DNA of 36,354 nucleotides from NCBI GenBank assembly GCA_004356735.1, contig SMWR01000054.1, forward strand, positions 1-36,354, in the 5' to 3' direction. A program made the translations under genes and the position numbers. The notes under the pieces are model-generated. The model did no database searches. It saw only the letters and a list, made by a program, of their open reading frames with translations, and was not told the origin of the DNA. Source of the stretch: Deltaproteobacteria bacterium (GTDB taxonomy: Bacteria > Myxococcota_A > UBA9160 > SMWR01). Each line of letters opens with the position of its first letter. Positions within the stretch are counted from its first letter, which is position 1. This document shows positions 18,306 to 27,470 of the stretch, piece after piece.

Positions 18306-19099
18306 AGCGTGTCCCGCTGAGCCGGCTCGAACGACAGATCCAGCAGGCGCGGGAGGGGCCCGAGCTTCAGGCCCTGCTGGTGCCCCTGAAACAGGACCCG
18401 CGCCAGGGTGCCCGGCGGATCGTCGAGCGCACCGAGCGTCGGCTGCTGGCCGCGGCCCATGAGCGCGAGCGCCTCGCCGGTCTTTTCGAGCTGCGCCGGC
18501 AGTTGATCGCCGCGGGTGCACGAAGGGTGGCCGGGGTCGACGAGGTCGGCGTCGGGCCCCTGGCCGGTCCGGTCGTGGCCTGCGCCGTGGTTCTTCCGGA
18601 GGAGATGGACCTTCCCGGTCTGAACGATTCCAAGCAGCTCTCGCCGGGCGCGCGCCAAGAACTGTCCCGGCGCATACGCGCCCAGGCCGTCGACGTTTCG
18701 GTGGCGGAAGTGACGCCGCATGACATCGATCGGCTCAACATCCACCACGCCACGCTCGAAGCCATGCGCCGTGCCGTCGTGGGCCTGACTCAGCCGCCCG
18801 ATCACGTGCTGGTCGATGCCCGCACGATTCCGGGTCTCGAGGTCCGGCAAACGGCCATCGTTGGTGGCGACTCCAAAGACGGTTCGATCGCGGCGGCCTC
18901 GATCGTGGCCAAGGTGTATCGTGATGCGCTGATGGTGGAACTCGACGCGCGTTTTCCGGTGTACGGGTTCGCTCGCCACAAGGGCTATCCGACACCCGAT
19001 CATCAGCAAGCGCTTCGCGTTCACGGTCCATCGCCAGAGCATCGGCGTTCGTTCGCTCCCGTGGCACGCGCGGCCGTTGGCCGGTCTGCGCCGGCCTAG
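18302..19099 (+). CDS. rnhB: Ribonuclease HII with N-terminal extension
   Basis: [43 protein letters not shown]. Confidence 0.95.
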   Translation: MKRVPLSRLERQIQQAREGPELQALLVPLKQDPRQGARRIVERTERRLLAAAHERERLAGLFELRRQLIAAGARRVAGVDEVGVGPLAGPVVACAVVLPEEMDLPGLNDSKQLSPGARQELSRRIRAQAVDVSVAEVTPHDIDRLNIHHATLEAMRRAVVGLTQPPDHVLVDARTIPGLEVRQTAIVGGDSKDGSIAAASIVAKVYRDALMVELDARFPVYGFARHKGYPTPDHQQALRVHGPSPEHRRSFAPVARAAVGRSAPA

Positions 19100-19106
19100 C
19101 CCGAGC

Positions 19107-20078
19107 ATGCGGCTCTTTGAAAAGCCCGAAGACTTCCAGGTCGACGAAGTGCCGCTCTATGCTCCGACAGGGGAGGGTAGTCACACGTTCGTACGGATCG
19201 AGAAGCGCAATCGCACCACGCCCGAAGTTGCCCAGGACCTGGCGCGGGCCGCCGGAGTAAAGGCGCGGGACGTGGGCTATGCCGGGCTGAAGGACAAGCT
19301 GGCGGTCACCACCCAGTGGTTCTCGGTGCCCGGCCTCGCTCCCGAAGCGGCACTTGCGTTGGAGTTGTCCGACGCGCGCGTGCTCGAGGCCGAGGCGCAT
19401 CCCCACAAGCTCCGGACGGGCCAGCTTCGCGCGAACCGCTTTCGCATCCTGGCCAGGGATGCCGAGCGGCAAGGAGACGCTGCCGAGGCGCGGGTCCAGG
19501 AGCTCGTGGCACGCGGAATGCCGAACCGCTTCGGTCCCCAGCGCTTTGGTCGTCGCGGCGACAACGCCGATCTCGGGCGACGTCTGCTTGCGGGCGAGCT
19601 CAACATGAGGGATCGCCGACGTGCGCGTCTGTTTGTTTCCGCGCTTCAGGCCGAGGTGTTCAACATCGTCCTCGAGCGCCGCGAGCTGCCGCTCGACGCC
19701 GTCGAGGTGGGCGACGTCGCCAGGGTGCAGGCCAGTGGCGGGCTCTTTCTCGTGGAAGACGCCAAGGCAGAAAACAAGCGAGCCCAGCGCTTCGAGATCA
19801 GTCCAACCGGCCCGATCTTCGGCAATCGTGTCATCGAACCCGCCAGCCCCGTGGCGGAACGGGAGCGGGCCGTTGCGACGGAGTGCGGAATCGACATCGA
19901 TTCGGTTTCGCCGCCGCCGGGTGTTCGGCTTCGCGGTGCCCGCCGTCCACTGCGCGTACTTCCCGAGGAGGTTCGAATCGAGCGCGAGGGACCGGATCTG
20001 GTGGTTCAGTTCATGCTTCCGCCCGGCAGCTATGCCAGCGTGTTCCTCCAGGAAGTCCTGGGAGACACATCCGACTGA
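19107..20078 (+). CDS. truD: tRNA pseudouridine(13) synthase
   Basis: PEDFQVDE, YAGLKDK.AVTTQWFS, NRFGPQRFG, FMLPPGSYA. Confidence 0.93.
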   Translation: MRLFEKPEDFQVDEVPLYAPTGEGSHTFVRIEKRNRTTPEVAQDLARAAGVKARDVGYAGLKDKLAVTTQWFSVPGLAPEAALALELSDARVLEAEAHPHKLRTGQLRANRFRILARDAERQGDAAEARVQELVARGMPNRFGPQRFGRRGDNADLGRRLLAGELNMRDRRRARLFVSALQAEVFNIVLERRELPLDAVEVGDVARVQASGGLFLVEDAKAENKRAQRFEISPTGPIFGNRVIEPASPVAERERAVATECGIDIDSVSPPPGVRLRGARRPLRVLPEEVRIEREGPDLVVQFMLPPGSYASVFLQEVLGDTSD

Positions 20079-20103
20079 CGGCCGCATCGGGAGGCGGTAT
20101 GCT
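20075..20103 (+). promoter_or_regulatory. Possible sigma70 promoter for cysK
   Basis: CTGACG, 17 bp spacer, TATGCT (same -10 hexamer as at 862). Confidence 0.4.
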
Positions 20104-20139
20104 GGCGACGTCTTTTGATCTCTGTCGCCAGGAGTTCCC

Positions 20140-21099
20140 ATGAACATCGCCAACAACATTGTCGAACTGATCGGTCGCACCCCGCTGGTGCGCCTCAATC
20201 GAGTCGTGGCTGGAGTGAAGCCCCAGATCCTCGCGAAGCTCGAGAGCCAGAACCCGGCCGGGAGTGTCAAGGACCGCATTGGTCTCGCCATGATCGAGGC
20301 GGGCGAGCGCGACGGGCTGCTCAAGCCGGGCGAAACCGTCATCGTCGAGCCTACCAGCGGCAACACGGGTATCGCCCTGGCCTTCGTGGCGGCCGTCAAG
20401 GGCTACCAGTGTATCCTGACGATGCCGGAGTCTTTTAGCCCCGAGCGTCGCGCCGTGCTGCGGGCCTTCGGGGCGAAGCTGGTCCTGACCGATCCGTCCA
20501 AGGGCATGCCGGGTGCCATCGACAAGGCGAACGAGATCACGGCGGCGCTTCCGAACTCGTTCATGCCGCAACAGTTTCGCAATCCGGCGAACCCCGAGGT
20601 CCACCGCAAGACCACGGCGGAAGAAATCTGGAACGACACCGACGGCGAGGTTGATGCGCTGATTTCGGGTGTGGGCACGGGTGGAACACTGACCGGAATC
20701 GCCCAGGCCCTGAAGGAGCGCAAGCCCTCGTTCCAGGCGATCGCCGTCGAGCCGGCCGAAAGCCCCGTTCTGTCGGGCGGGTCGCCATCCCCCCATGTGA
20801 TCCAGGGCATCGGCGCGGGATTCGTTCCCGAAATTCTCGATACGGAGTTGATCGATGGCATCATCACCGTTGAGAACGACGAGGCCCTCGAAATGGCACG
20901 CCGCATGGCGATCGAGGAGGGCATCCTCTGTGGCATCTCCTCCGGGGCCGCCGTCTCGGCCGCGATCAAGTACGCGACCGGAGAAGGTGCGAAGCTGGGC
21001 ACGATCGTTGTGATCATCCCGAGCTTTGGCGAGCGCTACATCCAGACCAAGCTCTTCGATCCCTATCGGTACGAGGGGAGTGACGACGTCGAGGTCTGA
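20140..21099 (+). CDS. cysK: Cysteine synthase A
   Basis: NPAGSVKDR (PLP Lys), [31 protein letters not shown]; AGGAG RBS. Confidence 0.96.
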   Translation: MNIANNIVELIGRTPLVRLNRVVAGVKPQILAKLESQNPAGSVKDRIGLAMIEAGERDGLLKPGETVIVEPTSGNTGIALAFVAAVKGYQCILTMPESFSPERRAVLRAFGAKLVLTDPSKGMPGAIDKANEITAALPNSFMPQQFRNPANPEVHRKTTAEEIWNDTDGEVDALISGVGTGGTLTGIAQALKERKPSFQAIAVEPAESPVLSGGSPSPHVIQGIGAGFVPEILDTELIDGIITVENDEALEMARRMAIEEGILCGISSGAAVSAAIKYATGEGAKLGTIVVIIPSFGERYIQTKLFDPYRYEGSDDVEV

Positions 21100-21535
21100 G
21101 GGCAGTCGGCCCATCATTCGTCCTTTCCACGGCATCTGGCCGAAGATCCATGCCAGTGCCTGGGTCGCTCCGGGAGCCGTGGTCGTGGGGGACGTGGAGA
21201 TCGGACCCGACTCGAGCGTCTGGTATGCCTCGGTGTTGCGCGGCGATGTCCACAGCATCCGGATCGGTGCGCGCAGCAACCTTCAGGACCACTGCGTTGT
21301 GCATGTGACCCGGGGAAGGTATCGCTGTGAGGTGGGCGACGAGGTGACGGTGGGCCATCGCGCGACCCTTCACGGCTGTCGGGTGGAAGACGCCGCCTTG
21401 ATCGGCATCGGCTCCATCGTCCTCGATGGCGCCCAGATCGGTGAAGGGGCCGTCGTGGCGGCTGGGGCGCTACGCGCACGCGCACCGGGCAGAGGACGGC
21501 GAGGCCTGAGGCGCTACGCGCGCGCACCGGGCTGA
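21080..21535 (+). pseudogene. Gamma-carbonic-anhydrase family protein with disrupted C-terminus
   Basis: VLRGDV, SNLQDHCVVH, VTVGHRATLHGC motifs; homology stops at AVVAAGAL where a tandem repeat begins. Confidence 0.8.
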
Positions 21536-21561
21536 GGACGACGAGGCCTGAGACGCTACGC
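21467..21561 (+). repeat. Tandem direct repeat, 44 bp + 42 bp + partial third copy
   Basis: gcgctacgcgc(ac)gcgcaccgggc(a/t)gaggacg(g/a)cgaggcctgag at 21467-21510 and 21511-21552, then acgctacgc. Confidence 0.9.
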
Positions 21562-21588
21562 TCCACTCGCCTGGATTGTGGGCCTGAG

Positions 21589-22218
21589 GTGGCATCGATG
21601 CCGCGTCGCGAAGAGAAAAAGGCGGAATCGCGTCGTCGGATCCTCGATTCGGCTCGGTCGGTCTTCTTCCGAGACGGTTTCATGGCCGCGAATCTGGACG
21701 AGGTGGCCGACAAGGCGGGTGTCGCCAAGGGGACGCTGTACCGGTATTTCGAGAGCAAGGCCGAGCTCTATGTGGCCGTGCTCGCCCACAATGGCGCCAT
21801 CTTCGAACAGAAGATGCGAGCGACGCTTTCGTCCAACCTTTCGGCCGTCGAGCAGGTTCGGACGACGGCCCGCTTCTACTTCGCCCACTACGTTGAGAAT
21901 CGGGACTACTTCCAGATCTTCTGGGCCATCGAGAACCAGTCGGTCATCGGCGAACTCCCGAGCACGGTGCTCGACCAGGTTGCGCGGCTCTGGGAACAGT
22001 GCATCCAGATCGTGGCCGAGTTGATCGAGAACGGAGTCAAGCAGGGCGAGTTTCGGGACTGCGACTCCTGGGAGGTTGCCCACCTGTTATGGACGATTGC
22101 GAACGGTCTCATCCAGACCGAGCACTCGGCGACCCGTCGTCGCCTGCGGCGAACCGGCCTCGATGAGGCGTTCGACGACGCCCTCGAGCTCGTCCTCCGC
22201 GGCCTTCGCGTCAGCTGA
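21589..22218 (+). CDS. TetR/AcrR family transcriptional regulator
   Basis: ILDSARSVFFRDGF...VADKAGVAKGTLYRYFESKAEL helix-turn-helix. Confidence 0.93.
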   Translation: MASMPRREEKKAESRRRILDSARSVFFRDGFMAANLDEVADKAGVAKGTLYRYFESKAELYVAVLAHNGAIFEQKMRATLSSNLSAVEQVRTTARFYFAHYVENRDYFQIFWAIENQSVIGELPSTVLDQVARLWEQCIQIVAELIENGVKQGEFRDCDSWEVAHLLWTIANGLIQTEHSATRRRLRRTGLDEAFDDALELVLRGLRVS

Positions 22219-22236
22219 CCCGACCCCGGACGGCCC

Positions 22237-23065
22237 ATGGCCAACGACGCAGAAGAGCGGGTAAAACGCTTCTATCGCGACGTCGGCTGGCAGACCCAGG
22301 ACGGCATCGCCGAAGACACCCGGCGATTCGAGGACCTTCGCGCCTGCGCCGGGGACTACGTCCGCCGCTGTCGACTCCGCGTGATGCGCCACACATTCCG
22401 GAGCGCGGCGCGGCCATCCTCGACATGGCCTCGGGCCCGATCGTCTTCGACGAATATCTCGAGTACTCCAAGAACTTCGAAAAACGCCACTGCGTCGACC
22501 TGTCTGAGGTGGCTCTGGAAGGTGCGCGGGCGCGCATCGGCGACCACGGCGTCTACCATTGCGGCAGCTTCTTCGATCTCGAATTCGATGACGACTTCTT
22601 CGACTGCGCCCTGAGCCTCCACACGATCTACCACATGGATGCCGGTCGGCAGGAGATCGCCGTGCGAAAACTTCTGCGCGTCACGAAGCCCGGCCATCCG
22701 GTCATCGTCGTGTACACCAGCCCGCGCACGTTGCTGGCCAAGCTGTGATGCCTTGGCGCTGGTTCAAGCAGACCGTGAAGCGCATCCTCGTTGGCCGGCT
22801 CGAGCCGAAGGAGCCCGAGCTCTACTTCTCACCGCACCCGATTGATTGGTGGCGACGCTTCGAAGACATCGCCGACGTCCAGATCTTCCCCTGGCGTTCC
22901 TTCGACACGCCTCATCAACAAGTCCTGTTCCCGAACAATGCCCTGGGCCGCTGGATGTTCGACCGCCTCTTTGCTCTCGAAGACCGCTTCCCGCGCTTTT
23001 TCGCGCGCAACTTCCAATGGCCGATGATCGTGCTGCGGCGCAGCGGGGGTGATTCAAGCGACTGA
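22237..23065 (+). pseudogene. Class I SAM-dependent methyltransferase split by two +2 frameshifts
   Basis: Removing AC near 22393 and TG near 22746 gives one ORF: ...MRHIPERGAAILDMASGP...CVDLS...FDCALSLHTIYH...LLRVTKPG...LAKLMPWRW... Confidence 0.8.
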
Positions 23066-23309
23066 GAGGCCCGGTCCGCGTCGCCCCGATCCGAGCTCGA
23101 ACCGCTGCGCGATCTCGTCGCGTGGATCGGCCGGGATTGGATGGCGGAGCGCCGAGCTTCCAAGTTGAATTCTGCCGCGACGGCCGCGACTTGCGAGTCT
23201 GGCTCGCGAGCGGGGCGATTTTCCCCGCGGGGTTCGAGCTTCCACCGGTTGACACCGGAACGGGTCTGCGAGACTTTGGCAGCAACGTCATGCACGGGGG
23301 GACGCGGTC

Positions 23310-23558
23310 ATGATGGAGAGCTTGAGCGAACTGAGAAACCGGATCCGTACGCTGGTTGCGGAGCAGTTGGGTCTCGATGTGGCAGAGGTCGATCCCGAAG
23401 CGAGCATTCTCGATGATCTCGGCGCTGATTCGCTCGACGTGGTCGAGCTGGTCATGCTCCTGGAGGATGAGTTCGACATCGAGGTGCCGGACAAGGCGGC
23501 CGAGGCGATGCGAACCATCGCCGACTTCGAACGCTACGTCGCAAAGCAGGTGGCCTGA
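23310..23558 (+). CDS. acpP: Acyl carrier protein (AcpP-like, stand-alone)
   Basis: DDLGADSLDVVELVMLLEDEFDIEVPD with the phosphopantetheine Ser. Confidence 0.9.
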   Translation: MMESLSELRNRIRTLVAEQLGLDVAEVDPEASILDDLGADSLDVVELVMLLEDEFDIEVPDKAAEAMRTIADFERYVAKQVA

Positions 23559-23606
23559 GGGCACGCCGCCACAGCGGCGCGCCGCTGGCGGAGTTTCGGG
23601 AGCGGG

Positions 23607-23900
23607 TCAGGTCTGGGGGCGGAGGCCGGGGAGCCAACCCTTCACTGCACCCCCCAGGACCGTTGCGATCGCAGCGACGAGTGCGATCCCCAGGCGCGGT
23701 CGCATGTTGGCCTGGAGCATGTTCGTGACCGCCTCCTGCTGCTCGGGCCCGGGTGGGATCGTCTTCAGCGCCTGGATCATCTCGGGCATGACCAGCAGCA
23801 TCGCGTAAAGAAAGAACACGCCGAGCAGGTAGAATATCCCGAGCATGAAGCGCGGCCGGAAGGTTGGCCGTCGGCTTTGGGCCGGTTCGGACATCGCCAC
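23607..23900 (-). CDS. Small hypothetical two-TM membrane protein
   Basis: Two hydrophobic segments; fills the gap between acpP and polA. Confidence 0.6.
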   Translation of the reverse strand: MAMSEPAQSRRPTFRPRFMLGIFYLLGVFFLYAMLLVMPEMIQALKTIPPGPEQQEAVTNMLQANMRPRLGIALVAAIATVLGGAVKGWLPGLRPQT

Positions 23901-23935
23901 GCTAGCGTATGAAGTCCCAGAGGCAGCGTCAAACC

Positions 23936-26617
23936 ATGTCGCGCGATCAGAAGGCCCCTTCCCGCATCGTCATCATCGACGGCACGAACGCGCTCTACCG
24001 CGCCTTCTTTGCCCTTCCCGGCTTACGGGCGCCCGACGGAAGCCCGACGAACGCGGCCTACGGCTTCGTCACCATGTTGGGCAAGGTGATCCGGGAAGAG
24101 CAGGCGGACGCCGTCATCGTTGTCTTCGACGCCCGCGGCAAGACATTTCGCCACGCCCTCTATGCGGACTACAAGGCCGGTCGCGAGGCGCAGCCAGAGG
24201 ATTTGTCGGCGCAGATTCCCCTGGTCCACGAGCTGGTCGAGGCGCATCGGATTCCCATCCTCGAGGTGCCCGACTTCGAGGCCGACGATGTGATCGCGAC
24301 ATTGGTGGCCCGTGCTCCGAAGGCCGCCCGAGTCTTCATCGTTTCCACGGACAAGGACCTGATGCAGCTGGTCAATGAGAACGTGATGCTCCTCGACGGC
24401 TTGCAGGGCCGGCGCTACGACTCGGCGGCGGTGGAGGAGCGCTTCGGAGTTCCGCCCGACAAAGTTCTTGACGTGCGCGCCCTGGTCGGCGACCCCAGTG
24501 ACAACATCCCAGGTGTCCGGGGAATCGGCGCCAAGGGTGCGGCCCAACTGATCACCGAATGGGGCGATCTCGAGAACCTGCTCCAGCACGTGGACGAAGT
24601 GAAGGCGAAGCGTGCGCGAAACGCCCTGGGCGAACACGCCGAGGACGCCCGCCTGTCGAAGCAGCTCTCGACACTGCGCACCGATGTGCCGCTGCCCCTC
24701 GAGCTTTCCGACGCCGTCCTGACCGGGCCCGACGTGGATCGGCTGCGCGCGCTCTACGAGCGGTTGGGATTCACCCGCCTGCTCGAAACCCTCGATGGCG
24801 CTTCGACCACGACCGGCGAGGGCGCCGCGCCCCGCGTCGACGTGACCATCGTAAAGAGCCAGGCCGGTCTCGACGCCGTTCTCGAAGAACTCGCCAAGCT
24901 GCCGAACGCCACCCTGCTGCCGGTGCTGGACGAGGCGGGGCCCCTGGCTGGCTCCGCCGTCGGGCTGGCGATCGCTCTCGAGGGCGGACGGGCCGCGTAC
25001 CTCTCCCTGGACGAGGATGCGCTACCGCTCGTCGAGGTGGCTTCCAGGCTCGAGCCGTTGCTGGGCGCACTGGGTTCGGTGGCCTGGGCGGGCTGGCAAT
25101 CGAAGCTGACCCAGATCCTGTTCAGCGAGTGCGGAGTGTCTCTCAAGGTTCCCCACTTCGACGCCGAGATCGCGGCTGGGCTGCTCGACTCTTCCGCTGG
25201 GCACACGTTGCCCGCCGTGGCGGCTGAAGCTCTCGGCGCGAAGCTCCGCTCCTGGCAGGAGCTGGCCGGGCGGGGCGCCAAGGCAACGCCGGTGCGCGAG
25301 CTGACGCTGTCCGACGTGGCCCTGTGGGCGGGTGAATCGGTCTGTGCAGTCGCGGCTCTGCTGCCGGGACTGACCCGTCGACTGGACGCCGACGGCCTCA
25401 CCGACCTCTTCGAAGCCGTGGAGCTGCCGCTCACGGGCGTGCTGGCCCGCATGGAGCGCACCGGCGTGCGGGTCGACGAGGACAAGCTCGAGGAGCTGTC
25501 CCGCGAGTACGCGGACCAGCTCGATGGCATCGAGAAGGAGATTCACCGCATGGCGGGTGAAGAGTTCCTGATCTCGTCACCCAAGCAGCTCCAGAAGATC
25601 CTGTTCGAGAAGCTCAAGCTACCGGCCATCCGGAAGACCAAGACCGGCTACTCGACCGACGAGGACGTGCTCGAGCAGCTCTCGGCCGAGCACGAATTGC
25701 CCGAGCGGGTGCTGGCCTTCCGCCGGCTGTCGAAGCTCAAGAACACCTACGTGGACGCTCTGCCGCCGTTGGTGAACGAGCGCACCGGGCGCATCCATCC
25801 CACCTTTCATCAGCTCGGCGCGGCGACGGGCAGGCTCTCGGCGACCCAGCCCAACGTCCAGAACATCCCGATCCGCACGCCGGAAGGCGTGCGCATCCGC
25901 GAGGCCTTCATTCCCGCCGAGGGTTACCTGCTGCTCTCGGCCGACTACTCCCAGGTGGAGCTGCGCATCCTGGCCCACTATTCCGAAGACCAGAGCCTGA
26001 TCACAGCCTTTCAGTCGGGCGAGGACATCCACCGCCGCACCGCGGCCGAGGTGGCCGGGATCAGGCCGGACGAGGTCGACGACGACCAGCGGGCGCGGGC
26101 CAAGGCCGTCAATTTCGGAATCATCTACGGGTCGTCGGCCTTTGGTCTCGCGAGACAGCTCGGCATCAGGTCGGCCGAGGCCCAGCAGACGATCGACGCT
26201 TATTTCGAGCGGTACTCGGGCGTGCGCCGCTTCCTGGACGAGACCCTCGCCAAGGCACGCGAGCGGGGCTACGTGACCACCTACCTGGGCCGCAGGCGCT
26301 ACCTGCCGGATCTGGGCTCACGCAACCGGACCCTGCGCCAGGCGGCCGAACGCATGGCCGTCAACTCGGTCATCCAGGGCACGGCGGCCGACCTGATCAA
26401 GCAGGCCATGGTGGCCGTGGACGCCGACCTGACTGCCAGCGGTTCGCGGGCGCGCATGATCCTCCAGGTCCACGACGAGCTGGTCTTCGAGGTGCCGGAG
26501 GCCGAGGCCGAGGCCCTGGCAGCTCGTGTCGTGGCGCAGATGGAGCAGGTGCTGCCGCTCCGGGTTCCGTTGCGGGTGCACGCGGCAATCGGCCGGAACT
26601 GGCGGGAAGCCCATTGA
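23936..26617 (+). CDS. polA: DNA polymerase I
   Basis: IDG...YRAFFA, EADDVI, GDPSDNIPGV (5'-3' exonuclease); TGRLS..PNVQNIP, ADYSQVELR, AKAVNFGIIYG, QVHDEL. Confidence 0.97.
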   Translation: MSRDQKAPSRIVIIDGTNALYRAFFALPGLRAPDGSPTNAAYGFVTMLGKVIREEQADAVIVVFDARGKTFRHALYADYKAGREAQPEDLSAQIPLVHELVEAHRIPILEVPDFEADDVIATLVARAPKAARVFIVSTDKDLMQLVNENVMLLDGLQGRRYDSAAVEERFGVPPDKVLDVRALVGDPSDNIPGVRGIGAKGAAQLITEWGDLENLLQHVDEVKAKRARNALGEHAEDARLSKQLSTLRTDVPLPLELSDAVLTGPDVDRLRALYERLGFTRLLETLDGASTTTGEGAAPRVDVTIVKSQAGLDAVLEELAKLPNATLLPVLDEAGPLAGSAVGLAIALEGGRAAYLSLDEDALPLVEVASRLEPLLGALGSVAWAGWQSKLTQILFSECGVSLKVPHFDAEIAAGLLDSSAGHTLPAVAAEALGAKLRSWQELAGRGAKATPVRELTLSDVALWAGESVCAVAALLPGLTRRLDADGLTDLFEAVELPLTGVLARMERTGVRVDEDKLEELSREYADQLDGIEKEIHRMAGEEFLISSPKQLQKILFEKLKLPAIRKTKTGYSTDEDVLEQLSAEHELPERVLAFRRLSKLKNTYVDALPPLVNERTGRIHPTFHQLGAATGRLSATQPNVQNIPIRTPEGVRIREAFIPAEGYLLLSADYSQVELRILAHYSEDQSLITAFQSGEDIHRRTAAEVAGIRPDEVDDDQRARAKAVNFGIIYGSSAFGLARQLGIRSAEAQQTIDAYFERYSGVRRFLDETLAKARERGYVTTYLGRRRYLPDLGSRNRTLRQAAERMAVNSVIQGTAADLIKQAMVAVDADLTASGSRARMILQVHDELVFEVPEAEAEALAARVVAQMEQVLPLRVPLRVHAAIGRNWREAH

Positions 26618-26699
26618 GGCCGCCCGTAAGCGCCTGAAATACGGGCTTCCCTGTGGGGTGGGGGGACTTTGGCTCGGGACAGAGCCGGGCGAAGAGGTC

Positions 26700-26849
26700 T
26701 GCGAAGTTCTCCCTTCGGCTTCGGTCCCACGTCTCGGCCGGCGCAGCCTCCAGCACGTCCATGTCGTCGTAATGCCGCTCGGCTACGGCGGAGGACTCGT
26801 GGCCGATCGCCAGCTCCACCTGCTTGGCTGGGACGCCCCACTGCTTGAC
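26700..26849 (-). pseudogene. C-terminal remnant of a tyrosine recombinase/integrase
   Basis: Translation VKQWGVPAKQVELAIGHESSAVAERHY matches box II (GH...Y); the 5' part is replaced by the IS end at 26850. Confidence 0.6.
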
Positions 26850-27247
26850 GGTAAGCCGTCAGCCGAGTTTGGACATTTTGGGTCTCTGATCTACGGGAGG
26901 GTTCCGGGCTCCGAGGGGAGATGGAATCCATCGCCAAGAAGGCATCGGCAGAGAAGGCGGTGCGAGACATTCGGCGCAGAACTGGACGACGCTTCTCGGC
27001 TGAAGAGAAGATCCGGATCGTGATTGAGGGTCTGCGGGGAGAGGAGAGCATCACCTCGCTGTGCCACCACGAAGGCATCGTGGCCAACCGCTGCTACCGC
27101 GGGAGCAAGGAGTTTCTGGAGGCGGGCAAGAAGCGCCTGCTGGGAGACACGCCGCGAGCAGCGAGTTCCAGCGAGGTCCCCGAGCTTCGCCAGGAAAACG
27201 CCCGACTCAAAGAGCTGGTGGCGGAGACGGTGCTTGAGAACCGTCTG
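26850..27247 (+). mobile_element. Truncated IS3-family element: left IR plus degenerate orfA (26921 onward)
   Basis: IR gtaagccgtcagccgagtttggaca; AEKAVRDIRRRT.RRFSAEEKIRIVIEGLRGEESI...SKEFLEAGKKRL; similarity ends after ENRL. Confidence 0.88.
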
Positions 27248-27470
27248 GCACTATCAGATCTGGGCCCCCGCCGGCTGTCTGCCGCGGGGCATGGTTCCCG
27301 TGGGCCACCCCGCGGTTCGCGGCCGCTGCCCGAAGCGCCCGCTTCCCAGCTACCGCAGCCCCGAGAACGCCTGATCGATTCGGCACGAGCCTCCCGCTGA
27401 TTCCGCGTGGTGGCTGACGAGCCGGAGCCGGTGTTTGATCCGACGAAGGCCGGACCGACGGGTGCTGCGG

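Noticed and set aside
21467-21561. Mini CRISPR array
   Set aside because: Head-to-tail repeats with no unique spacers and no cas genes.
22746-22748. Selenocysteine or readthrough TGA in the methyltransferase
   Set aside because: The downstream coding sequence continues in a different frame, so readthrough would not restore it.
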